Shown: positions 37,020 through 57,936 of the stretch, piece after piece
Numbering within the stretch: the first letter of the stretch is position 1
How the letters are laid out: each line of letters opens with the position of its first letter
Source: Auanema rhodensis
Lineage: Eukaryota > Animalia > Nematoda
DNA: 64,000 nt
Direction of reading: 5' to 3'
Assembly (NCBI GenBank): GCA_964057225.1
Contig: OZ059897.1
Span: forward strand, 12,834,001-12,898,000
The notes under the pieces: model-generated
What the model saw: the letters and a program-made list of their open reading frames with translations, nothing else
The model's database searches: none
Told to the model about the DNA's origin: nothing
Program-made: the position numbers and the translations under genes

Positions 37020-39640
37020 ATGCCGCAAACTCCTCCAGCAGTTTCCGATTGTTGGGTTTGTTTAATGTTAACCATAGCAGAACTTGAAGTTTTTATAGGA
37101 TGATCTTACGTTGGACACGTCTCGAATAGTACCACAATTAGAAGAGGAAGCTACTGAGCTTGTTGAGAAGGAGTTTGAACGGATTCGACAGGAATATGAC
37201 ACTACTATTTTGGGAGAAGCAAGGGTAAATAAAGGAACCTAATCCGGTTTACCGTATTTTTTTCAGAAGTCATTTACTCAACAAATTCAGTCATATTCTG
37301 GACCGCTGAAGGCTTATAAATTGTACAATTCCGCGGAGCCCTCTCCTTTGTATCTCTGTCCTTTTGAAAAGGTTAAACGATTTTCTTCCACTAAAAGTTT
37401 ACCTCGAATGCGGTATTGGGTTCATACCGAGCGGAATTTCGAGGTTCTTCCATGTTTTCTTTTGACTTCAACATATGCTACTTTTTAAGACTGCAGACAG
37501 TGTTCGTTTGTCTCATATACCTCATATAGACGATGAATTAGACGATCGAGAGTTTGTTACTGAACTACGACATTGCTATACTGAAGTAGGCTCTTGGAAA
37601 TTTTGTTTGCATTCTTTTTTATTATTAAGGGTATTCATGGTGCAGATTTTGGCTGTGGTGAATATATAAATGATTACATGATATATAAACTTTTATCGGC
37701 AACAATGAAGGAATGGAAAGAAGGTACATTTATAAATTTATTCGAATATTAAAACATGCTTAAGATAAATCATATATTCACGCGGCAATATTTAAGATGT
37801 TTCCAAATAAGTACTCATTTAAAGAACTAGAGGATAGCATGTAAGTAATGTTTTCTTTTATGTTTTTACTTTTTTTTAGTTTTTTGACTTTGAAGGAAAG
37901 GTTCGACCCTTCCGGAAGCATTCCAATCGCTCTTAATAAAGTTGATAATAACGTTCAATGTGTCAACCATATGTTGTGCCTCGTGTGTTTGGAATATGAT
38001 TGTACACAGCATTCGGCTGCTTCTGATCATATTCTTAATCCAGCGAAAAAGTCAAATAATTTTTTTGGGACCATGAAAACCCCTTCAACACCTTGTAGCG
38101 AAACCTGCTTTTTAGTTTACAAGGTAATTGTTTTCAGCTTCGACTTTTTTGATTATCATTATTTTAGGACGGAAACGATGTTATTGTTCCCGATAGTGAA
38201 CTTATTATGACAACTCTTAAAGTTTTATTAACTTCTAATGATTATGAAATTTGTAAGATTGCAAAAGTTTTAAATTCAATTTATACCGAGGTTGATGATA
38301 AGCCAAAAGATTGTGTTCAAGTAGGTGGAGTGTTTGAATATTCTTTATTTGATTACCATATTTAGTGGTTTTTATTAGCAAATTCCCTTATTGAGGGGGG
38401 TAACATAGAAAAAGCATCTGAAGGAAAACGTAAAAAACAAATGAAAAAACTGTAAGTTTAAATGAATGTTTGAAATGTAAGTTGTGTCTTATTTTTAGTA
38501 GCCAACGGGAGAAGTATCGTGTCTTTAAGCGTTATCGTTCATCTGTGAGTTTTCTTGCTTATTTTAGAATCATTGTAATTATTTAGTTGGATAATAGTTG
38601 TAAGATGAGGAGATGTAAACATGAAGGGCCTTGTCATCAGAGTGATGATTGCCCTTGTATGAATCTTGACTTAACATGTACAAAATATTGCGGGTAGACA
38701 TTTTATTGCTAGTTTCTTACTTTTATATGATTTTATAGTTGTGATGATAGCTGTGTTATTAAGTTCCCAGGTTGCTCATGTAGTGCCGGATTATGCGCAA
38801 CACAGCAATGTCCTTGTTTCCTGGGACGATGGGAATGTGATCCCGACCTTTGTCAGTCGTGTAATTGTGATATTGAGAATATCAAAAAAGATGGTGGTAT
38901 GAAGTTATTGCACTCTGTCTTTCTCATCTGTACTTTCAGCAGGGGTGATCTTACCATTCTGTCGAAACGTAGGGCTGCAGCTGGGACTGAAAAAAAATAT
39001 AGATGTATGTTAAGTATATAAGTTAATTGTAAATTCGTGCATCTTTATCTTCAGATAGGATTGTCAAATGTGGCAGGATGGGGTTGTTTTATTAAAGGAA
39101 CAGCTGAAAAGGTATATTTTCAAATCTTCTATGATAATATTTTACTTAATATAGGGGGATTTGATATCGGAATATACTGGTGAAATTATCAGTAGTGATG
39201 AAGCCGAACGTCGCGGGCGAATTTATGATAAAAAACAATGTAGTTATGTATTTAGTAAGCTGTCATGTAATATATATATAAATATATTATGACGTTCTTG
39301 CAGGACTTAATAAGGAGCAATCTGTAGATGCTGGCAGAGTGGGTAACATCATTCGTTTTGCTAATCATTCTGACACCAATCCCAACTGTGAATCTCAAGT
39401 AAGTGGACAAACACATGGTTTCGAACTAATAACTTGTATTAAGATTATGATTGTAAACGGAGATCAGAGAATTGGAATTTATGCCAAAAGACATATCGAT
39501 GATGGTGAAGAGTTGTTTTTCAATTACGGATATCAAGGAAAAAATAAGCAATACGTCTCACTAAAACTGAGCGGGTGAGTTGAAACATAACTTATCTTAC
39601 GAATATTGCAATTTCAGTTCTGCAAAAAACAAAAAATAAC
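37020..39640 (+). CDS. mes-2: Enhancer of zeste / EZH H3K27 methyltransferase
   Basis: LSHIPHI; CXC domain ([19 protein letters not shown]); SET domain [41 protein letters not shown]. Confidence 0.93.
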
Positions 39641-41236
39641 CCTGAATCTCATATTATAAATACTGATCTCCAATCTATATCGAATCATGTGTATTACGTG
39701 TAAGGGATTTTTGTATTTTTATAAATTTTGTACAACATAGGCCCTGTTCGCAATAAAAGTTTTAAATAATATACATTTTTTTTCACTAATTGGGAAAAAA
39801 TCTTTACTTTCCCTTTTATTAATAATATTTCGTTATTCAGTTCAAACAGTCCCTATAATTTCTTGATAAAATTGGTCAGAATTGGTCCTAGCTACATCGA
39901 AAATTTAAAAGGATAGCATGTTATAAATTTCAGTTGTACTTAATTTTAGAGTAAGTAGTTTTCTTCGGAATGAAACTAGTTTTTTTAACCGGTCATCAAT
40001 TCTATGTCAGATGCTCTTATTAGAAAAGAGCGCAGTATCGGTCGTTTTGAATTCTGAAATCCATCCAAAGCCTAATCAAGAGAGCGTTTCAGACTTCCGT
40101 TGTTCCTCTTTTATTAGGTTGTTTATGATGTTTTAAAGTCGTAATGATGAAAAGTATATGACCATATCTATATTATATATACATAAATATAAGATATTAA
40201 GGCGAAGATTCATCAAAAAAAAATTAACTCAAGAGACGATAACTAAAAATACTCAACATGAGAGAAATGGTTTTAACCTTATAGTTGTTGAAATTGTCTG
40301 AAAAAGAGATGTCGCTTGACTCGGATCATTCGTTTAGTACATGCATGAGCTATGTTTGCAGTTCTCCTCGAAATTTCTTCCAAGCTGTCAGAGAGAAAGT
40401 TTAAGAATTCATTAAGATGATTTGTGGCTTATATTTGAAGAATTCGTGTTTGAAATATCCTAGTTGTCGGATTTTTAAATTATAACTGCGCATAGTATTA
40501 TACTAAAGTAAATTTCATTTCAATTCTAATTCCGTTTGATTTATTATTTTAAAGTTGAAAATATGTTTTCAAACGGAAAAAAAATAATTAGAAAACTTAA
40601 ATGAAAATATTATTTATGAATAAACAACTAAAGCCTTTTCTCATAAATGGGAACACTTCACGAGAATTATACTTACATTAAGTTCAAGAAAAATAAAAAC
40701 CAGAAATAACAATGTTTATTGGACGACACGCATACACGACAATTTTTCTAAGAATTCCCATGTTATGGTTGTACACAGCAAATATTGTAAAAGCCAAAAG
40801 AAAAGAGATAGCGAAAGATAAAAATTTAAGATTTAAATGACGTCCGCATCAACTTTGAATAACAATTGGATCAGATGCTGATCTGAACCTGTAGGTGACG
40901 ATATATGACTTGCCACAGCTGACAAAAGATTTTATGTCATAAAGCTTACTGTCTACGCTGTCGATACAGATAGTATCCAGATGTGCAAATATAGAGAATT
41001 AGGACAATATATTGACTCTTATGTGAAAAGTATTAGACAACCATAAAGGACGACGTAATTGACAGAACAGAAGTAGAGTAAGGATAGAGAAGAAGAAAAC
41101 GTATTTTCTTGTTAAAAATCATCATATGAAAAGAAATATAATATGTGAGGTTTCTTCTGCCTTGTTGTTGCTGTTGCTTTGTGATGTTTGTATATGTTTC
41201 GGTAATTCAGCATATTATATCTGCTAATCAGCATGT

Positions 41237-41832
41237 CTATTCGTAGTCCCTGCCTGAATCTGAACGTCCGAATCGAATGAAGCTTGGCTGCGCACGACCA
41301 AATCGGATGAATGACGGACCCCCACGCTTTCCAAAACGAATAAACGTCGGTTTGCCATTAGAAGCAGATCTGAAGAAATGGGAATTCATTAAATCTTATT
41401 AGGTTTTTGATTCATTATTTTATTTATTTATTTATTTATTTACCTTAGATGACGGAATAGTCCAGCTTCTTCTTCGGGTTCTTCAGGGAAAACCTGAGAC
41501 ATTGCTTCGTACATTTCACGTTGTTTCTAAAGTAGTTAGAGTATATATAGATTGTGTTTTTATAAAAAATATTTTGAGAGTTTATAGAGTGAAGGTTTTA
41601 AAAAGTTTTTTTGCTAATCAAAATAAGAGTGATCCAAAACAGAAGATTTGTTGAAATACGCTCGATGTTCTATCAAATTACAAAGAAATATGGAATTTCA
41701 CATATGCCGGCTTAATCCCGATCTTAAAAAAGAGAAAATTGAGCAAACCTGTAAAGTTTTTGCTTCGCCAGCGGGGGCAGCAGCAACCAAAGCCAAAAGG
41801 CAAAGGGAAAATATGAAAATAGTACGAATCAT
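41237..41832 (-). CDS. flp-4: FMRFamide-like neuropeptide precursor FLP-4
   Basis: Signal peptide MIRTIFIFSLCLLALVAA; last exon SASNGKPTFIRFGKR GGPSFIRFGR AQPSFIRFGR. Confidence 0.92.
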
Positions 41833-44800
41833 TCGGAAAGTTGTTACCTGAAGTCTTAAATAATATTATATTATAAGCAAGTTTTCAAACAAAGCTAAAA
41901 CGGCAAAAAAAGTTTTATACAGAAGGCAGACAGAAAGATCATAATTCATATTCAAAGAGGGTAGGTCTTAGAAGTATACATGCATATGTACATGTTAGAA
42001 GGGCATTTAGTATTCAAACACACTTGTCCACATCTGATTTTTCTATTGTGATAGGCGAATGAATGATGACTGAGGTCAGAATTTATAACCAACAAATATA
42101 CATGAACATTCAATTATAACATTCAAAATTAATGCGAAAAAAACGTAAAAGCAAGGTAGGTAAGAACAAAATACGATCAATTGTTTCCTGATTCTATAAG
42201 TCTTTTCATAAATATATTGAAAATATATATTCTATAAATGAAAAGAGAAATAAATACTTTGAAGTAATGCTCTTTATGAATATAAAGCTTCAATTTATAT
42301 ACCATACGAGGCTCCATCTAATGGTAATTGAATATTCTATGCCTTAAAAATGTTCGAGATGATGAAGTCAACTTGCTTGGATACCACCCCGTACATTATA
42401 GCATATCTGAAGTTTTAATTAAAATGCGTTAGTGCACAGGGATGATGTGTCTCAAATAAATCAAAAAAAAAAACGTCGTTTCGTAATAAAGTAAAGTTTT
42501 TTCTTCGTTGGCGTAGTCTTTCCCTTTTTTAAATTCCGGAGACTATGACGACGAAGTTGCGTGTCAATGCACCGGTAGTTTGTAATGGAATTGAATTCAG
42601 GCAAATCACTTATTAGCTCGTCAAGCATATGAAAAAAATAATTCAGTAGGATTAATTAAGAAAAAATAGTGAGACGAAAATAAAAACATAAATTAACGAA
42701 TTTCTTCATTACGATTCGTGACGCTATCATGTGCGGAAGAGGGCTTATCACAGATTATATAGAACAAAATAACACTAAGATGCAACGTTTTTAGATCTGG
42801 CTTCCGAATTTCATATCATACTGATTTCTATACAGATTTTTCTTGTCCTTCCTCGTCTCTTTCTCTCTCTCTCTCTCTTATAGCAAATTAGCAAAAAAAC
42901 AGAAAAATATATAGAAACATTTACATATTATAATGAAAAACAATGATAATAAAGCGTAAAAATAAGATTTTTTTGAGAAACATGCTTCTTATTTTTTAAA
43001 ATTAAAATGAAAATAATAAGCTATTTGAATGTTTTTAGAAACAAAATGTATTTTCTGATCATTAGTGCTCGCGTAGAAAGTTATTGTTCTCTATTCGAAA
43101 AAAAAGAAGATATAATAAGTAAATAAATAAATAAACAATAAAAGATAACTAAATTTGGAAACAAATATGAAAAGGAGCTTGTGTGTTGAATCATTGTTGT
43201 CGATAGGGGGAAGCGGGAATTGTATCTGTACCATAAAGAGCATCTGAAGATGATTCGACACAGCTAGATCGACCGCTACAGGAGATTCAAGTGGGTTGAG
43301 CAGCACAAAATGTTCTTTTATGGGAAAGATGAATGTCGAAAAGGGAGTTGGCAAGATGAGGCCCCGCCTCTATAAGTCTTTCTCTAGTGACTATACAAAG
43401 TTCTATCTCATTGAGTTAAAAATGAGAACAGAAGCAAAGAACTTAGATCAGTTAAACTGTAGAAAACATTTTTATTAGCTTTATGGCGTCAAAAATCATA
43501 TAAATTCTCTTTTTATTTGACAAGGACAAATGCTAGATTAACTTGAGTGAAATATAATTCAGTTTGCCTAGCATTTCCAGAACAGGTAGTTCCTGTGTTT
43601 TTGACTTGAAGTGATATCGTTCACAATATATGCGATGATACTGAGAGGAGACTCTTTTAAGATTCCAAATTGATATTATAGTATAAGCTTTCATATATAT
43701 TTTTCGGAAAAAATATAATAAAATGCTTTCTGCAGAATACTAGACTAGGTCTTCAGTTTTGTAGTTTCTCAATTTAGGAAGAGAAAAAAAGGCTCAGAGA
43801 TCAGATTGATCGCGTGGAAAAATTAGTATAGATAAATGGAAATGAACGAGATATGAATGTGAAAAACAAATTAATACAAAATATATCACTGTATGCAGTA
43901 TGGGTAGCTTATAGCCACATAGTTTAGAATGAGAAAATTGTTAGGAGAGGTCTAGATGTTGATCACCGGCAATCAGCGTTAATAAGAGGGTTTCTGACAA
44001 GAAAAATACCTATTCCGAGAAAAACTACTGAGAAATAAATTGGTTAGAAAATGGTAAACCAAGGGCGACTAAGAACAAGTGGGCAATACGCTGAGAGCAG
44101 TGAAGAAATAGAAGAACAATGTGATGTGTGTTTCAGGATGCGACCGTTCTCAGTGGTTCAATGAATTAAAATGAATATTGAATCAAACGTCATAACATAA
44201 GAGACACGTGAGTGGACACGTAAAAAACATATTGATTCAAGTATTTAAATACTTAAACAGTAGCAAGAAAAGAGAAATGACTAAATGAAAAAAATTATTA
44301 ATTTCTAAGTACTTAGATAGATGTATGGCATGTACTTGCTGTATCCCGACTTAAGAATGTGAAATGCTGCAGATGTTTAATAGATATTTGTAATAATCAA
44401 GATGGTATGGATAATACTCCAATTGTTGCATGAACATTCTGATGTTTTTTTGAACTTAACGAATTCAATGTAGTCAGAAATCTTCAGAACAAATGTATTT
44501 TGGATGAACCACTTCCATGTTCTTTAAGAGTTCTCAGTGTTTATAAAATAACATTATAATATTTGAAAAAAAAATTAATTTTGTTTTCAAGTAGAATCTC
44601 AAAAAAAAAATTTTAATTTAGCACATTTAAAAGGGCGAAACACAAACGAAAAAAGAACAATCCGTACTTTTCATAATCAGAAACATTGGATGATTGTTGT
44701 GATCGTTTGAAAAGTTTTTTATAAATACACATTTAGCTTCAATACTCACATATAGCCTGAGGGAGTATAAGATAAATGTGATAGTTTTTTTAAAAGATTG

Positions 44801-47800
44801 TTTACTATTGCTCTCTTTATTTCCCTTTTTTCCTATTACAGAACTGAAGATTTTTTCATCTGTTGAAGTTGGGTCGAAAGATAATTACTTCAATTCCTGT
44901 CCTTGTTATTATTTAGAGTTAGGTTAAAGATGAAAAAATAAATGTTTCATCTTATTTCAAAAGCTTATAACGATTATTGATTTTTATATAAGAAAAATTA
45001 AATATATCATATAATATACCTTTTCGTATATTTTTTTATAAAAAAAAAGGAATAAAAATATTTCTATCTTGGAATTAAGTTCGATTTCAAGAATTCATGC
45101 TTGAAAGAAATGGGTTCAAATATTAATTTACGAACTATATAATATAATAAATGTTTTTTTAATTAGTTTTTTACTGGAATTCTAAATTTTGTGTTATGTT
45201 AGTTGAGGACACCAGTTCCTCACAGAATATATGCACATTATAGGACTAACTTTTCATTTTATCGTTCATCTCATAGCAATTGCCCTTCGTTGATGATCTC
45301 GATCGAAGCAAGACACTAGAATCTTCTTCAAAATTATTCTTTTCTCTTGATTCGTCATTCAAAGTTGAAGCCCTAGCTACAAAAATCAAAAGGGAAGTAT
45401 ATACTTATAAATTGAGGAAAAAACAACAAGGAAAAGCCTACTTTCTACATATACGAGCACAAAATACGTATTTTGCAACATTCCACAAATAATTTTCAGT
45501 AATATTCATTGAAATCACCTAGTATAACATCTTAAAGCTCGCATTTTATTCCAAAAATTTCACTTGTATCAAGAGACCCAAAACAAAAAATTAAAAAAGA
45601 ATTTAACAACTCATGCTTAGGAATCAAATAACAAAAGATGTTTTTTTTCTATTCATCGTTAGCAAAACTATTTGTCTGAGAATAGTAGAGTGAAAAGTTC
45701 AGATTGAAAACTAGAATGAAATGAAAGGATAAATGGCATACCATTTAGATTTTGATTTCAGCTCAAAAGCAGGGCTGCACAAAAAAAATTCGAAATATCC
45801 TAAATCTTTCAGATTATGAGATGATCCGGATGTTATAATATGCGGGCTTTTCGGAAAAGCTCAAATTTAATCATTTAAGACGGCGAAATATACACATAAC
45901 TACATTGCAGGATCAGTACTAATTGTATGTCAAACAGGGAACTTAGCATGGACGGTTAAGCCTTAAACGTCATATTAAAGTTATTTATATCGCATTACAT
46001 AGTCAATTTGGACAACAGGAAGTTTCAAATATGAGTGAAAATGTCATAAAGATTGTGGCGGGCAAGACTTTACTGAGGACCAATGAAAAACATTTGAAAC
46101 CAGATTTTCTTTAAGAAAAATAACAATTTTTCAACAATTTCTATGGCTATGAATGCAATTACATTAGATTGTAAATTACTTCTAAGTTCCGACATCAATG
46201 CATCTATAAGCTTGTAATCAGATTCATATATAATTATTTGATAACAAAGTAATTACTTTTTAAATTTTATGTTTTGTCTTTTTTTGTTTTTTTTGCAACT
46301 CCGTGGAGAAAATACTTGATTGGCCTTATCTGTCACAATCTAAAAGTTGATTAGAGGATCGTTAGCTGACAAAAAGTAAAACGTCGCTTTTTTTTTGAAA
46401 AAAAAGAGAAACATATGCAATATTTCATATGCAACAGATAAAGCATTCAAGCTTCGCAATATATCTTTCAAACAAAAATTATATTTGGGGAGAAAAAAAA
46501 GGTTAAAATCCGGACTAAAATTAAAGTTATGTTTGTCCTTAACAGACATATAAATTATTCAATGTAAAATATTTTAATATTTTCTGTTTACAATATGAAT
46601 TGCCTTAAGTTTCAGCAGAAAAGCATATTTTTAAATATATTTGTCAAATTTATTCTTTGTACTTATTACAGCAATCTTCAGATTTATGTCATAAACATAC
46701 CAAATGTTCTGCTTTAATCGTTGTATTCGGGAAAATTTTAATTAATGGACATATTTCACATATCTGTAGTGTATATCATTATTAATGATCAAACCTTTAC
46801 TATATTTTTCGTACATTTTGCACCAAAAATACGACGTAAATGATTTTCTATAAGAGGGTTAAACCTAAACCCATCCAGCTCAAACTTTCCATATTAAGAT
46901 TGAAAAACAGTTTTCTTAAAAGATTATTTTATTATTAGTTGTAATACGTTTTCATTGATATAGATTTTCCGGTTTGCAGAGAAACATTTATGTATAAAAT
47001 TTTTGTTGGTTTCTAGTTCCGGAAGAAAGTATGAAACACGAAAAATAAGTTGTGAAATTGAGCTTTGACCTCAGTAACTCAACCTACTTGTAATTTTTCT
47101 CTTATTTATTTATTTTATTATATATTATTTATATACTATAACATCAGATTTTGTTATTATAATAGAATATATAATATGGTATTAATCAAAAAGCACAAAG
47201 CTTTAGAGGATGATATGTTGAAGTTTGGAGTATCTTAATAAGATAAGAATTGAAATAAATTAAATTTCACGATGCATATATGTATGTCTTCTATGTTAGG
47301 TTTTCCTTGTTTATTGGACACAATAAATCAAAAAATTCTATAAAATGTGACAAGTATTTCGTATATTTACGTACATAATAAGTGTACAGTTATAATTTTT
47401 ATTTTTAATATACATACACACATATATATGTATATAAATAGATATATATACATATATACGTATATATAAATATATATTTTATTATATTCAGTTTAATAAT
47501 AATAATTTGTATAGTTGTAGATCAGATTTGATTTATTTATGTATTTTTCTACCCCCCAAAAACAATTACTTTAATCGGAAAATAAAAAAAATTTTAGGAA
47601 ATATTCGAAATCATATTTCATTCAAATGGATTGAGTATGGCATGATATGCTCTCATAAAAATATATAAAGATGTATGTATGTATACATGCTATAAATTAA
47701 AAGTTATCTTTTCTAAAATAAAAAAGTTCTATTGCATTTGAGGCTATTTTCGATGTAAAAATCTTTTGAGTGAAGCGACTTATCTTTATTGTACTCTATT

Positions 47801-48176
47801 ATACATGACAAGTGATTATCACAAAAAGACACAATGACTTTTAGGAGATTACTGTAAGCTGTTAGACTATCTCCAGTTCTTATAGGAAAAGAACAATTGC
47901 ATGAATGAATGTGTTTGAATGATGGTTAAAAAAGGAAAAAACAAACTAGACGACATATATCTAAGCACAGTGACGTCGTCATTTGACTAATGATTTTGAA
48001 CACCCGCATACACTAACAAGGAAATTTGGTAAAAAGAAAATATACACAGCTAACAGATGAGCAAAAGATCTCGAAAAACCTTTTGCAAAAGAAATCATGG
48101 AACATTGTTAGAAACATATATGCAAGTTATGGAATCAATTTAAAGTTGCTGGATTTACAAAGATTTGAGAGTTGAA

Positions 48177-54155
<5,979 letters not shown>

Positions 54156-57100
54156 GCTAGGTTCGATAAATCATAAATCTTAAACAGAAAAATAGTTATT
54201 CCATATGCTTCATTTAATACAATCAAATCAATGCAGATTTAAATATAAAAAAAAGAGAAATTAACAAATGAACTTGCGTCCAACTTGCTTGCACAAGCAG
54301 ACGACCTTTTGATTTCTTTCAGCTTGAGCAAGAAAACTTGAAGCCCACAGTTCTCCGACAGTAAGTGAGAACTACTCAAATTCATTGAATTATGGGAGCA
54401 GAAAGAAGAAAATGATGAACTTGAACTCAAATGTAAAATCTCAGGTTTATATATCGGTGGCATGTAGTGTGCATACAACGGGAATCTCTTCAGGCAGAGA
54501 AATAAAGAGCATAAGAGAGAGTAGCGGTTAAGGAGCATTTCGTAGTCATGTTTGACTACACATCCAACTACAACAAAAGCTAGTCTTTATGTCTTCGGCA
54601 GAAAAATTCGGTAGTTCTTATAACTATTGTCTTTTGCTTCGATAGTTTTTTTACGGAAACGAATTATGATGACGAGAGATAAATATATGAAAAAACCTGA
54701 TAGTGGGTAGTAATTTTCTGTTTCATTAAATAAATAAACAAATACAAAAAAATGTGATTTTAATTATAACGGAACATAGATACATCTATTTGCAATGTTG
54801 TTTCAATTACTGTAATTAACTATTTTTTTCAAGATACATAATTTCAAATTTAAAATTAGTACTTAAAAGGCTTTTTTGAATGGCATGTAAAAAATATTGT
54901 TTACTCAAGTATTTTGCAACGTTATTGATACATAAATCTTTTAATGCAGCATGGTGCAAAAACGCTTTATAGTGAATATATATTTCCTTTTCTCGTTTAA
55001 AATATTAATATTTTATTAAGCTTTTTCTTCTTGTCAAGGAATATATACATAGGTATGTTTGAAATTTATTGGCATAGGTACTGGTGTGTTGACACAACCT
55101 TTCACACATTGTATTGCCTTTGGGCTCAATAGAACCAAAAAGATATTTCTGAAATATTATAGACTTAAGGTATTCGACCAGTTTCAGTCTTAGCTTATAT
55201 CTGTCTGTATCAATCATAGTAATTTAATCATATCCCCCGCGTTTTTAAGCCAACAATTCAGTTTGCCAATAATTCTATTTAAGGAAGTTGTATGAAACTA
55301 TTTAATCGTTTTGATTGTATTGTGCTTGTCGAATATTATTTGAGCAATATCATAAAATATTAGTTTCACAACTTCTTGGCTGGCATCACGTCATCGCCTG
55401 GAAACTAGTTTTCAATTATTCTTCCTGTAAAAAAAGAGAAATACATTATGTTGTAGATGAGAATTGACTAGGAAAATGAGTTCAAACATTTTCAAATTTT
55501 AAATAAACAAAGGACTTCCCTTTCGGTTAGATCGTTTCGCTCATGTTGGCATAAGAGCACAAAAGTGAAGAAAAGCTCGAGGACGAGACAGGAAGCCACA
55601 AACATAGAACAGAACAAGCTCAGAGATTAATAGAAACAAAATGATGACAAAGATTCATGTTCAAATTCTTCTATTCTCTCTCGAGTGGCAAACTTGTTCA
55701 AAAAGTTTTCGCTAAAATCGTTTTTACAGAATGTGTTTTGCGCTACTAAATCTACAAAAGGTGAGCAAAATTTCGGCCTTTTGTTTTCTGTTCGTAAATA
55801 TTATAACATTAATGAGCTATGATATCACTTAAACTATCTGTGATTTTGAGAGAATAATCTTATTCTATTTATTCACATAGTATAAAGTATATTTTAAAAA
55901 AAAAGAAAAAAAGATGAATTCTTTATTTTATATATTTATATATAAAGCAATAATTTGCTGTTTAGAAACATATAAGATATGTTTTTAAAGATTATTAATG
56001 CATCTCATATTTAATAAAAAATAAATAAATAACTTCATTAGATCTATTGCATATAACTTTTGAATAAACGTTGTTTGAAGCTTCGTAAAAATTTAAAAGG
56101 TTTAAAACATTTGAAAATGTTTCATTTTACGCTATATGTAGTAAAAACAAGAACCTTAAATTTACTTAAATAACAATATTTTCATTCATTGAATTACAGT
56201 AGTTCGTTCTTCTTTCAATATGACATCATCAGTATTTCAACCATCTCGATTAAACTTATTGTTTGTTATCTTTTCTACATTCCTCAATCAACAAATTTTC
56301 CGTGGGTTTTATCGGAATTTTTTTTTCGAATTTAATTATATAACAAAAGTTTAATGAAGTAAACTTTTTACAAAAGTTAAAAGTTATGTTTACAGAAATG
56401 ATTTTTTTCAACCCCCTCATTTAACCATAAGATTTGTGGCCTAACCTGAAGCTATAGAATTTATGTCAACGTTAACTATTTGTATACAAAGAGTTCTTGT
56501 ACTTTAACATTGTTTTCTTATAAAATTTGAGATACTATGTGATTAATTTGTTCAGTAGCCCCCTTCATTTTTTCGATCTTTTATCCTATATTTACACGCA
56601 GTTTTTAAAAAAAAATTAAATTAAAAAATATTCAGACAATATGGGCCCCGTTTGGTTTATCAGTTTAAAAAAGAAAAATCTGTGAAGAAGCTTTCTGAAA
56701 AATGAAAAATATATGTTAAGATACATCTTCAGCTTATAGCAAATATAAAAAATGGCTTTCCCTTTTTTAAAACATAAATAATATATCGGGCATAGCCTAT
56801 ATTATAATAATGGACGGATAGAGGTAGGGAATTATAAAAAAGTTTTTCTTCTACTTCCTTTTCTCATAATTATTCGTTTAAGGAATCTGAATATTACTTC
56901 TACAGGCCCTGATAAGAGTGAATAAAGGTGAACAAATCATTAACAGTATAAAGGTCCCAACACGAATTCTGGTTAATGGGGTTTGGTTTGAAGAGTGACA
57001 ACTTCAATTCTTCAGAGGATGTTGAAACTTAAAAAAAGAATTCAGAATCCTGAAGTAAGATAGGAGAACGTCATAGAAAGATTTTTTTAAGCGCGACCAC

Positions 57101-57936
57101 GGAGCAAGTCAACCATCCAACATATAAAGTTAAAAAAATAATATGTCAATGATGATATCTAGGTTCGGATATGACATGTAAATGTGCATAAATCCCAATG
57201 ATCATAAGCTGAATTGGTTTCAATTCAATTAAATATAAAATGCAATAAGATCATATGGTTATCCTTCGATTGAAAATTATTCATATAATTAACATAGAAT
57301 TCATTTCCTTTACTTTTTAGCTTTTTGTTTCAAAAATTCTTATTTTTTAACCATTACCGAGAGGGGAAACCTAAAGTTGAAACCTGTATGCTTTTCAATA
57401 AAATTTTTCAAATTATAATATATTAGTAAAACGTTTGCATATCTAAAGTTCATAAGAAAAGATCTAACATTTGAAACATAGAAGTAAGACACCAAACATA
57501 TCCTAGTCTTAAGAGTATTGAACTGGAATATCGAATTTTTACGAATTTTTTCGAAATTCAAAAATTAGCATAAATTAGATGTTTTTGTTGAATTCAAATA
57601 TTTTCGAAGTTCTGATATTGAACAAAAAGAAATTTACTTCAGACTTTTCAAGTCACTTTCATTATAAACGCTTTTCATATTTGTTCTCAAGCTATCATCA
57701 CAAACGTTATACATGTATATTTGGATACATCTATATTTGGATACACCTAGACATTTGTATGTATATATAAATAAGTATGTGAAAAAGAACCAATGAAATT
57801 AGATTTTTTCAAGAAAATCTCGCCATACCGGTCCAAGTTTTGTATTTTAATAAAGCAGTGAACGGGCGTGGTACAAATATTCGATTATGTCGAACATGCT
57901 TCTTATTCAAATCGAGTAGTACTGAATTTTTAAAGT

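Noticed and set aside
43000-47900. Short ORFs between flp-4 and the pgp gene
   Set aside because: F/K/I-rich translations of AT-rich intergenic DNA with no domains
54239-57800. Short ORFs upstream of the pgp gene
   Set aside because: Consistent with promoter or intergenic sequence; no coding signal
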